Virus record (IMG/VR): IMGVR_UViG_3300034095_001584
Length of the DNA: 64,000 bases
Direction: 5' to 3' (one strand)
DNA from: a virus
Lineage: Duplodnaviria; Heunggongvirae; Uroviricota; Caudoviricetes
Shown here: positions 1-8,254 of the stretch, piece after piece
Layout: each line of letters starts with the position of its first letter
Numbering within the stretch: the first letter of the stretch is position 1
Notes under the pieces: model-generated
What the model was told of the DNA's origin: nothing
Database searches by the model: none
What the model saw: only the letters and a program-made list of their open reading frames with translations
Position numbers and translations under genes: made by a program

Positions 1-2
1 AG

Positions 3-197
3 AAACAGGTAACAAAGATCAAGAATAACGGGTATTCTGTTTTGAGTTATTTTATTAAGTGCAATGATTATGTTAATCCAAACTCTGTAGAGTTGTTTAA
101 GAAAATGTATGGAACAAATGCTTCATTCATTAATCCAAACAATCTATTGCAGGTTGCCAAAACAATGAACAGGATGTTTCTTGAAAAAAGTCATTGA
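3..197 (+). CDS. 3' end of a gene cut by the window edge, possibly a VWA-domain phage protein
   Basis: Open frame from base 3 to TGA at 195-197 (KQVTKIKNNGYSVLSYFI...FKKMYG...VAKTMNRMFLEKSH). VWA resemblance is from memory only. Confidence 0.5.
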   Translation, partial: KQVTKIKNNGYSVLSYFIKCNDYVNPNSVELFKKMYGTNASFINPNNLLQVAKTMNRMFLEKSH

Positions 198-222
198 CAT
201 TTTGGAGGATATAATATAAAGT
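194..222 (+). promoter_or_regulatory. sigma70-type promoter
   Basis: TTGACA (194-199), 17 nt spacer, TAAAGT (217-222). Confidence 0.7.
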
Positions 223-230
223 ATTTACAA

Positions 231-280
231 GGTTGAGATTCAACCAGTAAACATAAACAAGAAAATAAAACATAAAAAAT
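231..280 (+). promoter_or_regulatory. 5' hairpin plus A-rich leader without Shine-Dalgarno
   Basis: GGTTGA-gat-TCAACC (231-245) just after the predicted TSS, then an A/C-rich tract to ATG 281. Confidence 0.55.
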
Positions 281-661
281 ATGAGTAACAAGAAGACAAA
301 CCGCAAGAACAAGACAAACCTAACTGTAACCTGGCCATCAGCAGACAAGTATTTTACTATTGCTGATCTAATGGAAACAAACAAGGAGTTTATTCCCATT
401 ACACTTCGTGTACGTCTCAAGAACGCCATTGATGATGGTACTGTTGTTGAGATTGGTACTATTCATGGAGGTAAGGGTCGTCCAAAGTTGGCATTCGCAA
501 TGAATCCAGTAACTGAGGATGTTCTTGCTACCGCACGTCAAGCAGAAGTTGTACTTCATGATAAGTATAATACTGTCAAGGTACTTGACGTTACAAGCAA
601 GCCTACTGAAACACCAGTAAAAACAGAAGTTGAAGTGTCAAAGACAACTGTTAATGCCTAA
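281..661 (+). CDS. putative winged-helix DNA-binding protein
   Basis: 126 aa; FTIADL...LRVRLKNAIDDGTVVEIG...GKGRPKLAF fits a wHTH with wing; basic N-terminus. Confidence 0.55.
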   Translation: MSNKKTNRKNKTNLTVTWPSADKYFTIADLMETNKEFIPITLRVRLKNAIDDGTVVEIGTIHGGKGRPKLAFAMNPVTEDVLATARQAEVVLHDKYNTVKVLDVTSKPTETPVKTEVEVSKTTVNA

Positions 662-680
662 GAAAAAGATAACAAACAAA

Positions 681-851
681 ATGCCGTGTGATGACTCTGA
701 TGTAGCTGTCATTTACGGCATAATTTGTTTGAAAACAAAAAAATTACTCAAAGTACATTTGAGTGAGAAAGAAATTTGGTATGAGTTTAATACAGGTATG
801 TATGATGAAACCAAATACACTGTAATTAAATTAGATATCAAGGTGCAATAA
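681..851 (+). CDS. small hypothetical protein
   Basis: ORF 630-851; likely start MPCDD at 681 after the upstream stop. Confidence 0.5.
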   Translation: MPCDDSDVAVIYGIICLKTKKLLKVHLSEKEIWYEFNTGMYDETKYTVIKLDIKVQ

Positions 852-1095
852 TAGTATTCAAGGTATTGGTCCAATCAGGGGCCAATACCATTTTTTCTTT
901 ATTATCCTTTGAATAATAATAGAATTTGACGTTGGGATTTTGTTTTTTAATATTTTTTACTATAGCCGTCACCATGTTCCAATTTCCCCAATAAATAGCT
1001 TCATCCATCTCACCATCAAATATACTAAATTTAATGGTGGAGGTTTCAAAAACATAGAAAACTGTTTCTTTAGGGTTGATTTTTTTGAAAGTCAT
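838..1095 (-). CDS. hypothetical protein
   Basis: ORF 838-1200; likely start MTFKK at 1095 avoids overlap with the divergent gene and follows a TATTTATA motif. Confidence 0.55.
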   Translation of the reverse strand: MTFKKINPKETVFYVFETSTIKFSIFDGEMDEAIYWGNWNMVTAIVKNIKKQNPNVKFYYYSKDNKEKMVLAPDWTNTLNTIIAP

Positions 1096-1111
1096 GGTAT
1101 ATATAAATAGT

Positions 1112-2290
1112 ATGAGTAATCCATTTTTTGACACTGATGATTTTGACTTTGAAACTGAAAAACGTAAGTTCATCAAAAACCTTGACTTTTTAAAATCCAT
1201 GTCTGCGGAAGAACAGACTTTCTATAAAAAGTGGGTTGAAGTACAACAGTTATCCAGTTACATAAATAAATCTGGTGTAGCCAAAGCTAAGATTTGGACA
1301 CCAACTGATATCAACAATCAAGAACTTACAATTAAAGAAATTGAACAAATTAAACCAACTGTTGTTCATGTAGTGGATGATCCAATTGACACTGATTGGG
1401 TGATGTTGAGAACATTTTGTCATACCATGGAATATGCACAAACTCCTGGTAGATTTATTAAATTATTAATCAGTGACGGTAATGAAAACAATCCACGTTA
1501 TTTGGGAGTGGTTAGTATTTCAAGTGATGTAATTACTATTACAGACAGAGACAATTATATTGGATGGACTCCTGAAAACAAACTAGAACATAAGAAGTTG
1601 GTACATAGTGCAATTGGCAGTTGTATTATGAGTACACAACCATTTGGTTATAATTTCTTGGGTGGTAAACTGGTAGCTGCTTTGGTTACATCAAGTGCAA
1701 CTAGAAAAATTTGGAAGGATTTATATGGTCAAACTCTTGTAGGAATCACAACCACTTCATTGTATGGTAGTTACAGTATGTATAACAGTTTGAAGTGGTG
1801 GCATAAGTGTGGTTCTAGTACTGGTAAGATGACAATTAAACCAGATGATAGTGTGTACAATACATGGCATCAGTGGGTTAAAGAGAAAAAAGCAGATGAT
1901 TATAAGAAAGCCATGACACAAAAAGACGGTGTTAGTGGACCCGTTACTGGTGCAAAGAATCGTGTATTGAGTATGATTTTTCAATCTCTCAATATCAAAA
2001 CATCAGATTATACACATGGATATGAACGTGGTGTGTATTACAGTTGTTTTTATGAGAACACCAAGGAATTTCTACAAAACAAGATTGGTGAAGATGAATT
2101 GAAAATGAAAGAACTCTTTAAACGGGATACTGATGCTATTATGGAATGGTGGAAACCAAAGGCTATTGAACGGTATAAAAAGTTAAAGAGTGAAGGAAAT
2201 TTAAAGTCTGATATTCTTTATTATAATAAAATGATTGGTATGTCCTATGAAGAAGCCAAATCTAGCTTTTTCTCTGAAGTTGGACGTTGA
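1112..2290 (+). CDS. DruA/DUF4338-like protein
   Basis: Motifs PFGYNFLGGKLVAALV and GITTTSLYG..SMYNSL..W..CG.STG match my recollection of the DUF4338/DruA family; start MSNPF at 1112. Confidence 0.65.
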   Translation: MSNPFFDTDDFDFETEKRKFIKNLDFLKSMSAEEQTFYKKWVEVQQLSSYINKSGVAKAKIWTPTDINNQELTIKEIEQIKPTVVHVVDDPIDTDWVMLRTFCHTMEYAQTPGRFIKLLISDGNENNPRYLGVVSISSDVITITDRDNYIGWTPENKLEHKKLVHSAIGSCIMSTQPFGYNFLGGKLVAALVTSSATRKIWKDLYGQTLVGITTTSLYGSYSMYNSLKWWHKCGSSTGKMTIKPDDSVYNTWHQWVKEKKADDYKKAMTQKDGVSGPVTGAKNRVLSMIFQSLNIKTSDYTHGYERGVYYSCFYENTKEFLQNKIGEDELKMKELFKRDTDAIMEWWKPKAIERYKKLKSEGNLKSDILYYNKMIGMSYEEAKSSFFSEVGR

Positions 2291-2314
2291 CATTTTATAA
2301 TCCGCTGTTATAAT
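2287..2314 (+). promoter_or_regulatory. sigma70-type promoter with extended -10
   Basis: TTGACA (2287-2292), 16 nt, TGn-TATAAT (2309-2314); ATG at 2322. Confidence 0.8.
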
Positions 2315-2321
2315 AAAAAAG

Positions 2322-3236
2322 ATGAAAAAATCTCTATGTTGTATTTCCTTGCAGTTGCAAGAAAAAGGTATCAAAGCAAACACCATGACAAAGACACGGT
2401 TTCTTGCTTTGGAACGTAAAAGTGCTGTTGACACTGTATCCAAACGTACACTGAACAATGTATCTACTACGGTACAAATCATTTCATTGTGTGCAAAAAA
2501 AGGATGGAATTACCGTATCAGCAGTGATTTGTTTCCATTGGCTACATTGCCAGAAGCAAATTTGTCATTTGATATTCTTCCAGATAAAAATAAAATTTAT
2601 GAAATGTTTAAACTTGGTTCAGAAATTATTACAAAAAATAAAGTACGGTGTTCTACTCATCCAGATCAATTTGTGGTACCTGCTTCTGCTAATGCATCAG
2701 TTGTGCAGAAGTCTATTGTAGAACTAAAAAATCATGCTACTGTGATGGATTTGTTTGGTCTACCACAATCATATGAAGCTCCAATTAATATTCATATGAA
2801 TTGTTACAAAGGTGACACCAAGGATATTGCTAAACGGTTCATTGATGTATACAATGATTTTCCTGTAAATGTTAAGTCTCGTCTTGTTCTTGAGAATGAA
2901 GACAAACCTAACAGTTGGAAAGTAGATGAACTGTATGATTTGATTTATTCAAACACTGGTATTCCTATCACGTATGACAATTTGCACTTTCGTTGTAATA
3001 ACGGTAAATTGTCTTCTAAGGATGCAATGAAGTTGGCTATGTCAACATGGGGTAAGTATCGTCCTCTATTTCATTTTAGTGACAATGATCCAACCAACAA
3101 AAATCCACGTGCGCATGGTGATTATGTTCGTAGTATTCCTGAAGAATATGTTGACATGGACGGCGTTGATTATGAGTTTGAATTCAAGGCTAAAGACTAT
3201 GCTATTGAACGGTTTGAAAAAGAATTTCAAATATAA
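2322..3236 (+). CDS. uvsE: UV-damage endonuclease (UvsE/UvdE)
   Basis: YRISSDLFP, RCSTHPDQFVV, INIH, RLVLENED, IPITYDNLHF, FHFS, PRAHGDY and EFEFKAKD motifs. Confidence 0.92.
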   Translation: MKKSLCCISLQLQEKGIKANTMTKTRFLALERKSAVDTVSKRTLNNVSTTVQIISLCAKKGWNYRISSDLFPLATLPEANLSFDILPDKNKIYEMFKLGSEIITKNKVRCSTHPDQFVVPASANASVVQKSIVELKNHATVMDLFGLPQSYEAPINIHMNCYKGDTKDIAKRFIDVYNDFPVNVKSRLVLENEDKPNSWKVDELYDLIYSNTGIPITYDNLHFRCNNGKLSSKDAMKLAMSTWGKYRPLFHFSDNDPTNKNPRAHGDYVRSIPEEYVDMDGVDYEFEFKAKDYAIERFEKEFQI

Positions 3237-3249
3237 TTAATGATAAGTG

Positions 3250-3278
3250 TTGACGGAAGATAGGTATCATGTTAGAGT
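3250..3278 (+). promoter_or_regulatory. sigma70-type promoter with extended -10, followed by 5' hairpin
   Basis: TTGACG (3250-3255), 17 nt, TGn-TAGAGT (3273-3278); hairpin GTTAGTT-gatt-GACTAAC at 3286-3303. Confidence 0.65.
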
Positions 3279-3334
3279 CTTAATAGTTAGTTGATTGACT
3301 AACAATAAACAAAAACATAAAATAAATAAAACAT

Positions 3335-3538
3335 ATGGTTACACGTAAAAATACAAAAAATAAGACTACATTCGCTTACAACAAGGTTCAAGGTCTAGAG
3401 ACCTTTGCTTCTGCTCCATTCAAGGGAGTTAAGAGTGTTGGTAAGCGTTTGACAATTCGTGCTGGTAAGAAGCGTATTGAACTAAATGGTCGTCAAATCA
3501 ATGCTCTAAAGAATGTATTAGCTGAAGTTACTGCCTAA
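3335..3538 (+). CDS. small basic hypothetical protein
   Basis: 67 aa, Lys/Arg-rich, preceded by promoter and A-rich leader. Confidence 0.7.
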   Translation: MVTRKNTKNKTTFAYNKVQGLETFASAPFKGVKSVGKRLTIRAGKKRIELNGRQINALKNVLAEVTA

Positions 3539-3557
3539 TGTAGGCACAATAAAGACA

Positions 3558-3917
3558 ATGAGTATTACTAAACTAATTATAGTAGTTGTACTTGCAAGTA
3601 TTGCAGTTTCATTGTCTTTGTATTCCAAGTTTGTAACGCCACTTGCTTTACTAGCAGTGGCGTTATATTCTTTATATTTGGAAAATAAGATCAAGAAAAC
3701 TCTTGAATCTTCAAAGAATTTGGAGGAAACTGTAAGTAAGTTAACAACTGATGTAAACACATTATTTGAAAATCAGAAACAACTGTTGACAATTATAAAT
3801 TCACTAAGAGCTAGAATTAACAATTATTATGGGAAGACCACCAAAAAACAAGACCCTTCAATCAGTGAAAAACTCAGAAACATTGAAAGAAGAGAAAAAG
3901 AACTTAGTGAAGAGTAA
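3558..3917 (+). CDS. membrane protein with C-terminal coiled coil
   Basis: Two hydrophobic N-terminal segments then a heptad-like charged region. Confidence 0.65.
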   Translation: MSITKLIIVVVLASIAVSLSLYSKFVTPLALLAVALYSLYLENKIKKTLESSKNLEETVSKLTTDVNTLFENQKQLLTIINSLRARINNYYGKTTKKQDPSISEKLRNIERREKELSEE

Positions 3918-4356
3918 AGGGTTATTTGACCACATCAATCATATCAGAGAAGTAAAGTCTCCTGATTATTATGATAAACTATCAGTAGAAGAAAAGAAAT
4001 CTTTCAACAAGTATGTATTGTTGATGGGATTGAGCATGGATCAGTCTTGTATTGAAGAGATTGCTTATATCTCTAAATACTTTGATTCTATTCCAGATAG
4101 ATTGTTTTATAAGGTGAGTTGTGATGTGGTACCACATGGACGTAAGTTTTGTAAGTGGATCAAGGCTAGTAAGAAATCTGTCAATAAAGAGTTAATTCAA
4201 TTGGTTGCTACTCATTATCAGATAAGTAAGTCAGATGCGTATGACTATTGTGTTATGATGATTAAGAATGAAAAAGGATTGACAGATTTGGTTAATGTAT
4301 GTAAGTTATACGGCAAAACTGAAAAAGAATTGGAGAAATTATTTGATAATGACTAA
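3829..4356 (+). CDS. clamp loader small subunit (T4 gp62-like)
   Basis: LFDHINHI...FNKYVLLMGLSMD...RKFCKWIK...LVATHYQISKSDA resembles gp62-family proteins. Confidence 0.6.
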   Translation: MGRPPKNKTLQSVKNSETLKEEKKNLVKSKGLFDHINHIREVKSPDYYDKLSVEEKKSFNKYVLLMGLSMDQSCIEEIAYISKYFDSIPDRLFYKVSCDVVPHGRKFCKWIKASKKSVNKELIQLVATHYQISKSDAYDYCVMMIKNEKGLTDLVNVCKLYGKTEKELEKLFDND

Positions 4357-4954
4357 AAAATATATTGGTGTATCTGGTGTTGCTCGTAGTGGCAAAAATT
4401 TGTTTTGTGACATTGCAATTAAACAATTGTCACAAGATGGTATCAAAGCTAAACAATATGCATTAGCTTATTATCTTAAAAAAGACTGTGAAGAGTTTAT
4501 CAGAACTAAGTTGGGATTAGATGTGTTTACAGAGAAGACTGAAGATAAAGCTATTTTCAGAGAAATGTTGGTATGGTATGGTGGAGTAAAGAGAAAACAG
4601 ACTGAGGGTACATACTGGACATCTATGCTTCAGAAAGATATAGAATCAGATGATAGTGAAGTAATTTTTGTATCAGATATTAGATATGACCAGTATCCAC
4701 AAGATGAAGTGTATTGGATTAAAGAAGTATTGGGTGGAAAATTGATTCACGTAAACAAATACACTTACAATGATTGGGATCAACGTGTATTTACAGAACC
4801 ACCAAATGAACATGAAAAAATTAATGATCCTCTGGTAAAATTTAAGAGTGATTGTCAGCTGGAATGGAAACAAGCTGATAATAGTAAATCAATAATTGAT
4901 AATCCGTATTTAAATTCTTGTGTTAAAGATGCTTTAAAAACATTACTTAGTTAA
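4349..4954 (+). CDS. deoxynucleoside monophosphate kinase (T4 gp1-like)
   Basis: P-loop GVSGVARSGKN, FREMLVWYG, VIFVSDIRY..E...I. Confidence 0.75.
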   Translation: MTKKYIGVSGVARSGKNLFCDIAIKQLSQDGIKAKQYALAYYLKKDCEEFIRTKLGLDVFTEKTEDKAIFREMLVWYGGVKRKQTEGTYWTSMLQKDIESDDSEVIFVSDIRYDQYPQDEVYWIKEVLGGKLIHVNKYTYNDWDQRVFTEPPNEHEKINDPLVKFKSDCQLEWKQADNSKSIIDNPYLNSCVKDALKTLLS

Positions 4955-5230
4955 TGTAAGAATAACTGTTCCGCCGTCATAAAACACAACTACACTGTCA
5001 GTTGTGTTTTTAAATATTTCATGTTTTATTGCTGCAATGTCATTTAAAACGGATCTTTTGTATAGATCATGACACTCTCTGTACTTGTTTGATTTTTCAT
5101 TTGATTTACAATTACAGATACGGTTATAGTTATCTACACAATCAAGAAACACATTTAAGTTTGAGTTAAATGACTGTAAATTTGACCTTTTGACTAAATG
5201 ATAGAAATCAGTAACGTTGCTTATATTCAT
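4943..5230 (-). CDS. hypothetical protein with Cys cluster
   Basis: 95 aa ORF; CVDNYNRICNCK...EC. Confidence 0.6.
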   Translation of the reverse strand: MNISNVTDFYHLVKRSNLQSFNSNLNVFLDCVDNYNRICNCKSNEKSNKYRECHDLYKRSVLNDIAAIKHEIFKNTTDSVVVFYDGGTVILTLTK

Positions 5231-5556
5231 GGTGATAACTTAGTAAATATAAAATATATCAATAATGATAGTATATATATTATTGGAATACAAATAAATT
5301 GATAATTAAAAACAATTGTAAACAGAAAAGTTATCCAAAAATTAAAACATAGTGGACATGTAATTAGTCTGATTAAAAAGCTGTTGTATTTCTTTAATAA
5401 GAATGAGTGGTAGTTCAAACTAAAGTCATTATTTTTTTCAAGTTCATACTCTTTGATTTTGAATAAATTGCCGGTGAATTTGAAGTATTCAACAAATGCA
5501 TCTGTATTAAACCAGACAACCAACAAAAACGTATTTAAAAAAATTATATAAATCAT
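5227..5556 (-). CDS. membrane protein with CxxC (DUF1360-like)
   Basis: Hydrophobic helices and LITCPLCFNFW motif. Confidence 0.55.
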   Translation of the reverse strand: MIYIIFLNTFLLVVWFNTDAFVEYFKFTGNLFKIKEYELEKNNDFSLNYHSFLLKKYNSFLIRLITCPLCFNFWITFLFTIVFNYQFICIPIIYILSLLIYFIFTKLSP

Positions 5557-5564
5557 AAACGGTC

Positions 5565-5580
5565 TATTTATCTATAAATA
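5565..5580. promoter_or_regulatory. inverted pair of TATTTAT motifs between divergent genes (candidate bidirectional late promoter)
   Basis: TATTTAT-ct-ATAAATA in the 34 bp gap between the divergent starts 5556 and 5591. Confidence 0.4.
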
Positions 5581-5590
5581 TAAGAGTTAT

Positions 5591-6433
5591 ATGAAAGGAA
5601 TTATTTTATCTGGAGGAACTGGTAGTAGATTATATCCTCTTACAACAACGGTTAATAAACAATTATTACCAGTTTATGATAAACCAATGATCTACTATCC
5701 GTTATCTACAATGATAACATGTGGCATTAGAGAGTTTTGTATTATTAGTACACCAGAATATTTACCCTTGTATGAGAAATTGTTTGGTGACGGCAAACAT
5801 TTAGGTTTGGATATTTGTTATAAGGTTCAATATAAACCAAGGGGTATTGCTGAATCATTTATTATTGCTGAAGATTTTATTCAGAATGACGCTGTTGGAT
5901 TGATATTGGGAGACAATATTTTTCATGGAATGGCTAGAATGAAACCAACTTTAGATGGTGCAATTGTATTTGCATATCAAGTAAATGATCCAACTGCATA
6001 TGGTGTAATTGAGTTTAATGAAAATGGACAAGCTATTTCTATTGAAGAAAAGCCTACCAATCCAAAGAGTAACTATGCTGTTCCTGGTTTATATTTTTAT
6101 GACAATGAAGTGGTGAAACTAGCAAAGTCATTGAAGCCATCTGCTAGAGGTGAATTAGAAATCACTGATTTAAACAGAATTTATTTAGAAAAACAAAAGC
6201 TAACAGTAATACAATTTCCTAGAGGTACTGTGTGGTTGGATGCAGGAACACCTGAATCTTTATATCAAAGTGGTGCTTATATACAAACAATTCAAGAAAG
6301 ACAAGGCATTAAAATTGGATGTATTGAGGAAGATTGCTATAGAAAAAAATTTATTAATAAACAACAACTATCTAATATAGTTGACAAAATGCCTAAAAGC
6401 GAATATAAACAATACTTAGAAAAATTATTATGA
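5591..6433 (+). CDS. rmlA: glucose-1-phosphate thymidylyltransferase
   Basis: GIILSGGTGSRLYPLT, KQLLPVYDKPMIYYP, IEEKP, SARGELEITD, WLDAGT. Confidence 0.95.
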   Translation: MKGIILSGGTGSRLYPLTTTVNKQLLPVYDKPMIYYPLSTMITCGIREFCIISTPEYLPLYEKLFGDGKHLGLDICYKVQYKPRGIAESFIIAEDFIQNDAVGLILGDNIFHGMARMKPTLDGAIVFAYQVNDPTAYGVIEFNENGQAISIEEKPTNPKSNYAVPGLYFYDNEVVKLAKSLKPSARGELEITDLNRIYLEKQKLTVIQFPRGTVWLDAGTPESLYQSGAYIQTIQERQGIKIGCIEEDCYRKKFINKQQLSNIVDKMPKSEYKQYLEKLL

Positions 6434-7293
6434 TTATACTATTTGGATCAACCGGATACGTCGGAAGTGAATTTAAACGTCAATTAGAACAAAAACAAAT
6501 TGAATTTAAATGTTGGCCTAACGCAGCAAACACAACATTTTATGATTTGGAGAAATGGTATGAAAAGGCAGGATATCCAATTATTGATGCAGTAATTAAT
6601 GCGGCTGGATATACTGGAAAGCCAAACGTGGATGCATGTGAAACAAATAAAGATGTTTGTATTCACGCAAATATTATATTTCCACAAATACTAACTGATT
6701 GGTGTGTATTAAATGATATTCCACTTGGTCATGTATCAAGTGGTTGTATTTATTATGGATCTGGTCCAAACGGAACTGGATTCACTGAAGAAGATGAACC
6801 AAATTTTTCATTTGGTCAAAATAATTGTAGTATCTATAGTGGAATAAAAGCTCTTTCAGAGAAGTTAGTAAGAAAGTGGGAGAAATCGTATGTATGGAGA
6901 TTGAGGATGCCATTTGAAGAATATGACAATTCCCGTAATTTGATTAGTAAATTAGTCAAGTATCAGAAACAATTAAAGGCAGAAAATTCAATATCACACA
7001 AACAAGAATTTGTTAATGCTTGTATTGAGACGATAACCAAAAATGTTCCATATGGAATTTATAATGTAACTAACACTGGATATATTACTACTGAATTATT
7101 GGTTGAAAAACTAAAGAAAACTATTGCAAAAGATAAAGTATTTGAGTTGATTGAAGCAGATGAATTTTATAAATCTTGTGCAGTTACTCCTAGATCTAAC
7201 TGTATTTTGGATAATAGTAAGTTACTATCTACAGGCATTAAAATGAGTAGTGTAGATGAATCATTGGATTATTGTTTGAATAATTGGAAATAA
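6430..7293 (+). CDS. NDP-4-keto-6-deoxyglucose epimerase/reductase (RmlD-like, UER1-type)
   Basis: GSTGYVG Rossmann motif, NAAGYTGKPNVDACE, SSGCIY, EEDEPNF, YSGIK, RLRMP. Confidence 0.75.
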   Translation: MIILFGSTGYVGSEFKRQLEQKQIEFKCWPNAANTTFYDLEKWYEKAGYPIIDAVINAAGYTGKPNVDACETNKDVCIHANIIFPQILTDWCVLNDIPLGHVSSGCIYYGSGPNGTGFTEEDEPNFSFGQNNCSIYSGIKALSEKLVRKWEKSYVWRLRMPFEEYDNSRNLISKLVKYQKQLKAENSISHKQEFVNACIETITKNVPYGIYNVTNTGYITTELLVEKLKKTIAKDKVFELIEADEFYKSCAVTPRSNCILDNSKLLSTGIKMSSVDESLDYCLNNWK

Positions 7294-7294
7294 T

Positions 7295-8254
7295 ATGAAT
7301 ATACTAATAACAGGCGGATGTGGATTTATAGGCAGTCACTTTATTGAAGAAATTCTTAAACGTGATAATGTAGTAAAAGTTTATAATATTGATGCTGGGA
7401 CATATGCGGCTAATAAAAAACTACCATTTCAAGATGATACAAGATATCAAAGATTGAGTATGGATATTTCTGCTCCATATTTTCCTGATCAGAAGAAATA
7501 TATTGACTCACTTAATTTAGATTATGTAGTTCATTTTGCAGCGGAATCTCATGTAGATAATTCAATTAAGAGTCCAAAAAAGTTCATTGACACTAATATC
7601 AACGGTACATTTAATTTATTAGAAATGTTTAAGGGTACCAATATAAAGAAGTTTATACACATATCTACAGATGAAGTATTTGGTAGTTTAAGTTATAAAG
7701 AGAGAGAATTTAACGTTGATAGTCCATATAGACCAAATAGTCCTTATGCCGCAACAAAAGCGTCTAGTGACTTGTTAGTAAGAAGTTATGTTAAGACATA
7801 TAATTTTCCAGCTATAATCACAAATTGTAGCAATAATTTTGGTCCAAGACAATATCCAGAAAAATTAATACCAGTTTGTGTTAACAAATTGAAAAACAAA
7901 GAAAAAATACCATTATATGGAAACGGATCAAACATCAGAGATTGGATCTATGTTAAAGACCACGTTAATGCTCTAATTAATGTTTTATTGGATGGTATTG
8001 TAGGAAAACAATACTTGATTGGAGGTAACAATGAATTATCTAATATACAATTAATACACTTAATTGTTGCTACATATGAAATCATTACAAATCAAAAAGT
8101 TGACTGGGAATGGTTTGAATATGTAACAGACCGAAAAGGTCATGATTTTAGATATGCAATTGATGTCAAAGACTTTCAAATGGAATTTAATAAGTTCAAA
8201 TTAACAGATTTTAATGAGAATTTAAAAGAAACAGTTAAATCTTATATTGTTTAA
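7295..8254 (+). CDS. rmlB: dTDP-glucose 4,6-dehydratase
   Basis: ITGGCGFIGSH, HFAAESHVDNSI, HISTDEVFG, SPYAATKA, NNFGPRQYPEKLIP, RKGHDFRYA. Confidence 0.95.
   Translation: MNILITGGCGFIGSHFIEEILKRDNVVKVYNIDAGTYAANKKLPFQDDTRYQRLSMDISAPYFPDQKKYIDSLNLDYVVHFAAESHVDNSIKSPKKFIDTNINGTFNLLEMFKGTNIKKFIHISTDEVFGSLSYKEREFNVDSPYRPNSPYAATKASSDLLVRSYVKTYNFPAIITNCSNNFGPRQYPEKLIPVCVNKLKNKEKIPLYGNGSNIRDWIYVKDHVNALINVLLDGIVGKQYLIGGNNELSNIQLIHLIVATYEIITNQKVDWEWFEYVTDRKGHDFRYAIDVKDFQMEFNKFKLTDFNENLKETVKSYIV

Noticed and set aside
1112-2290. Complete Druantia defence system
   Set aside because: Only a DruA-like gene is present, with no DruE helicase or other components in the window.
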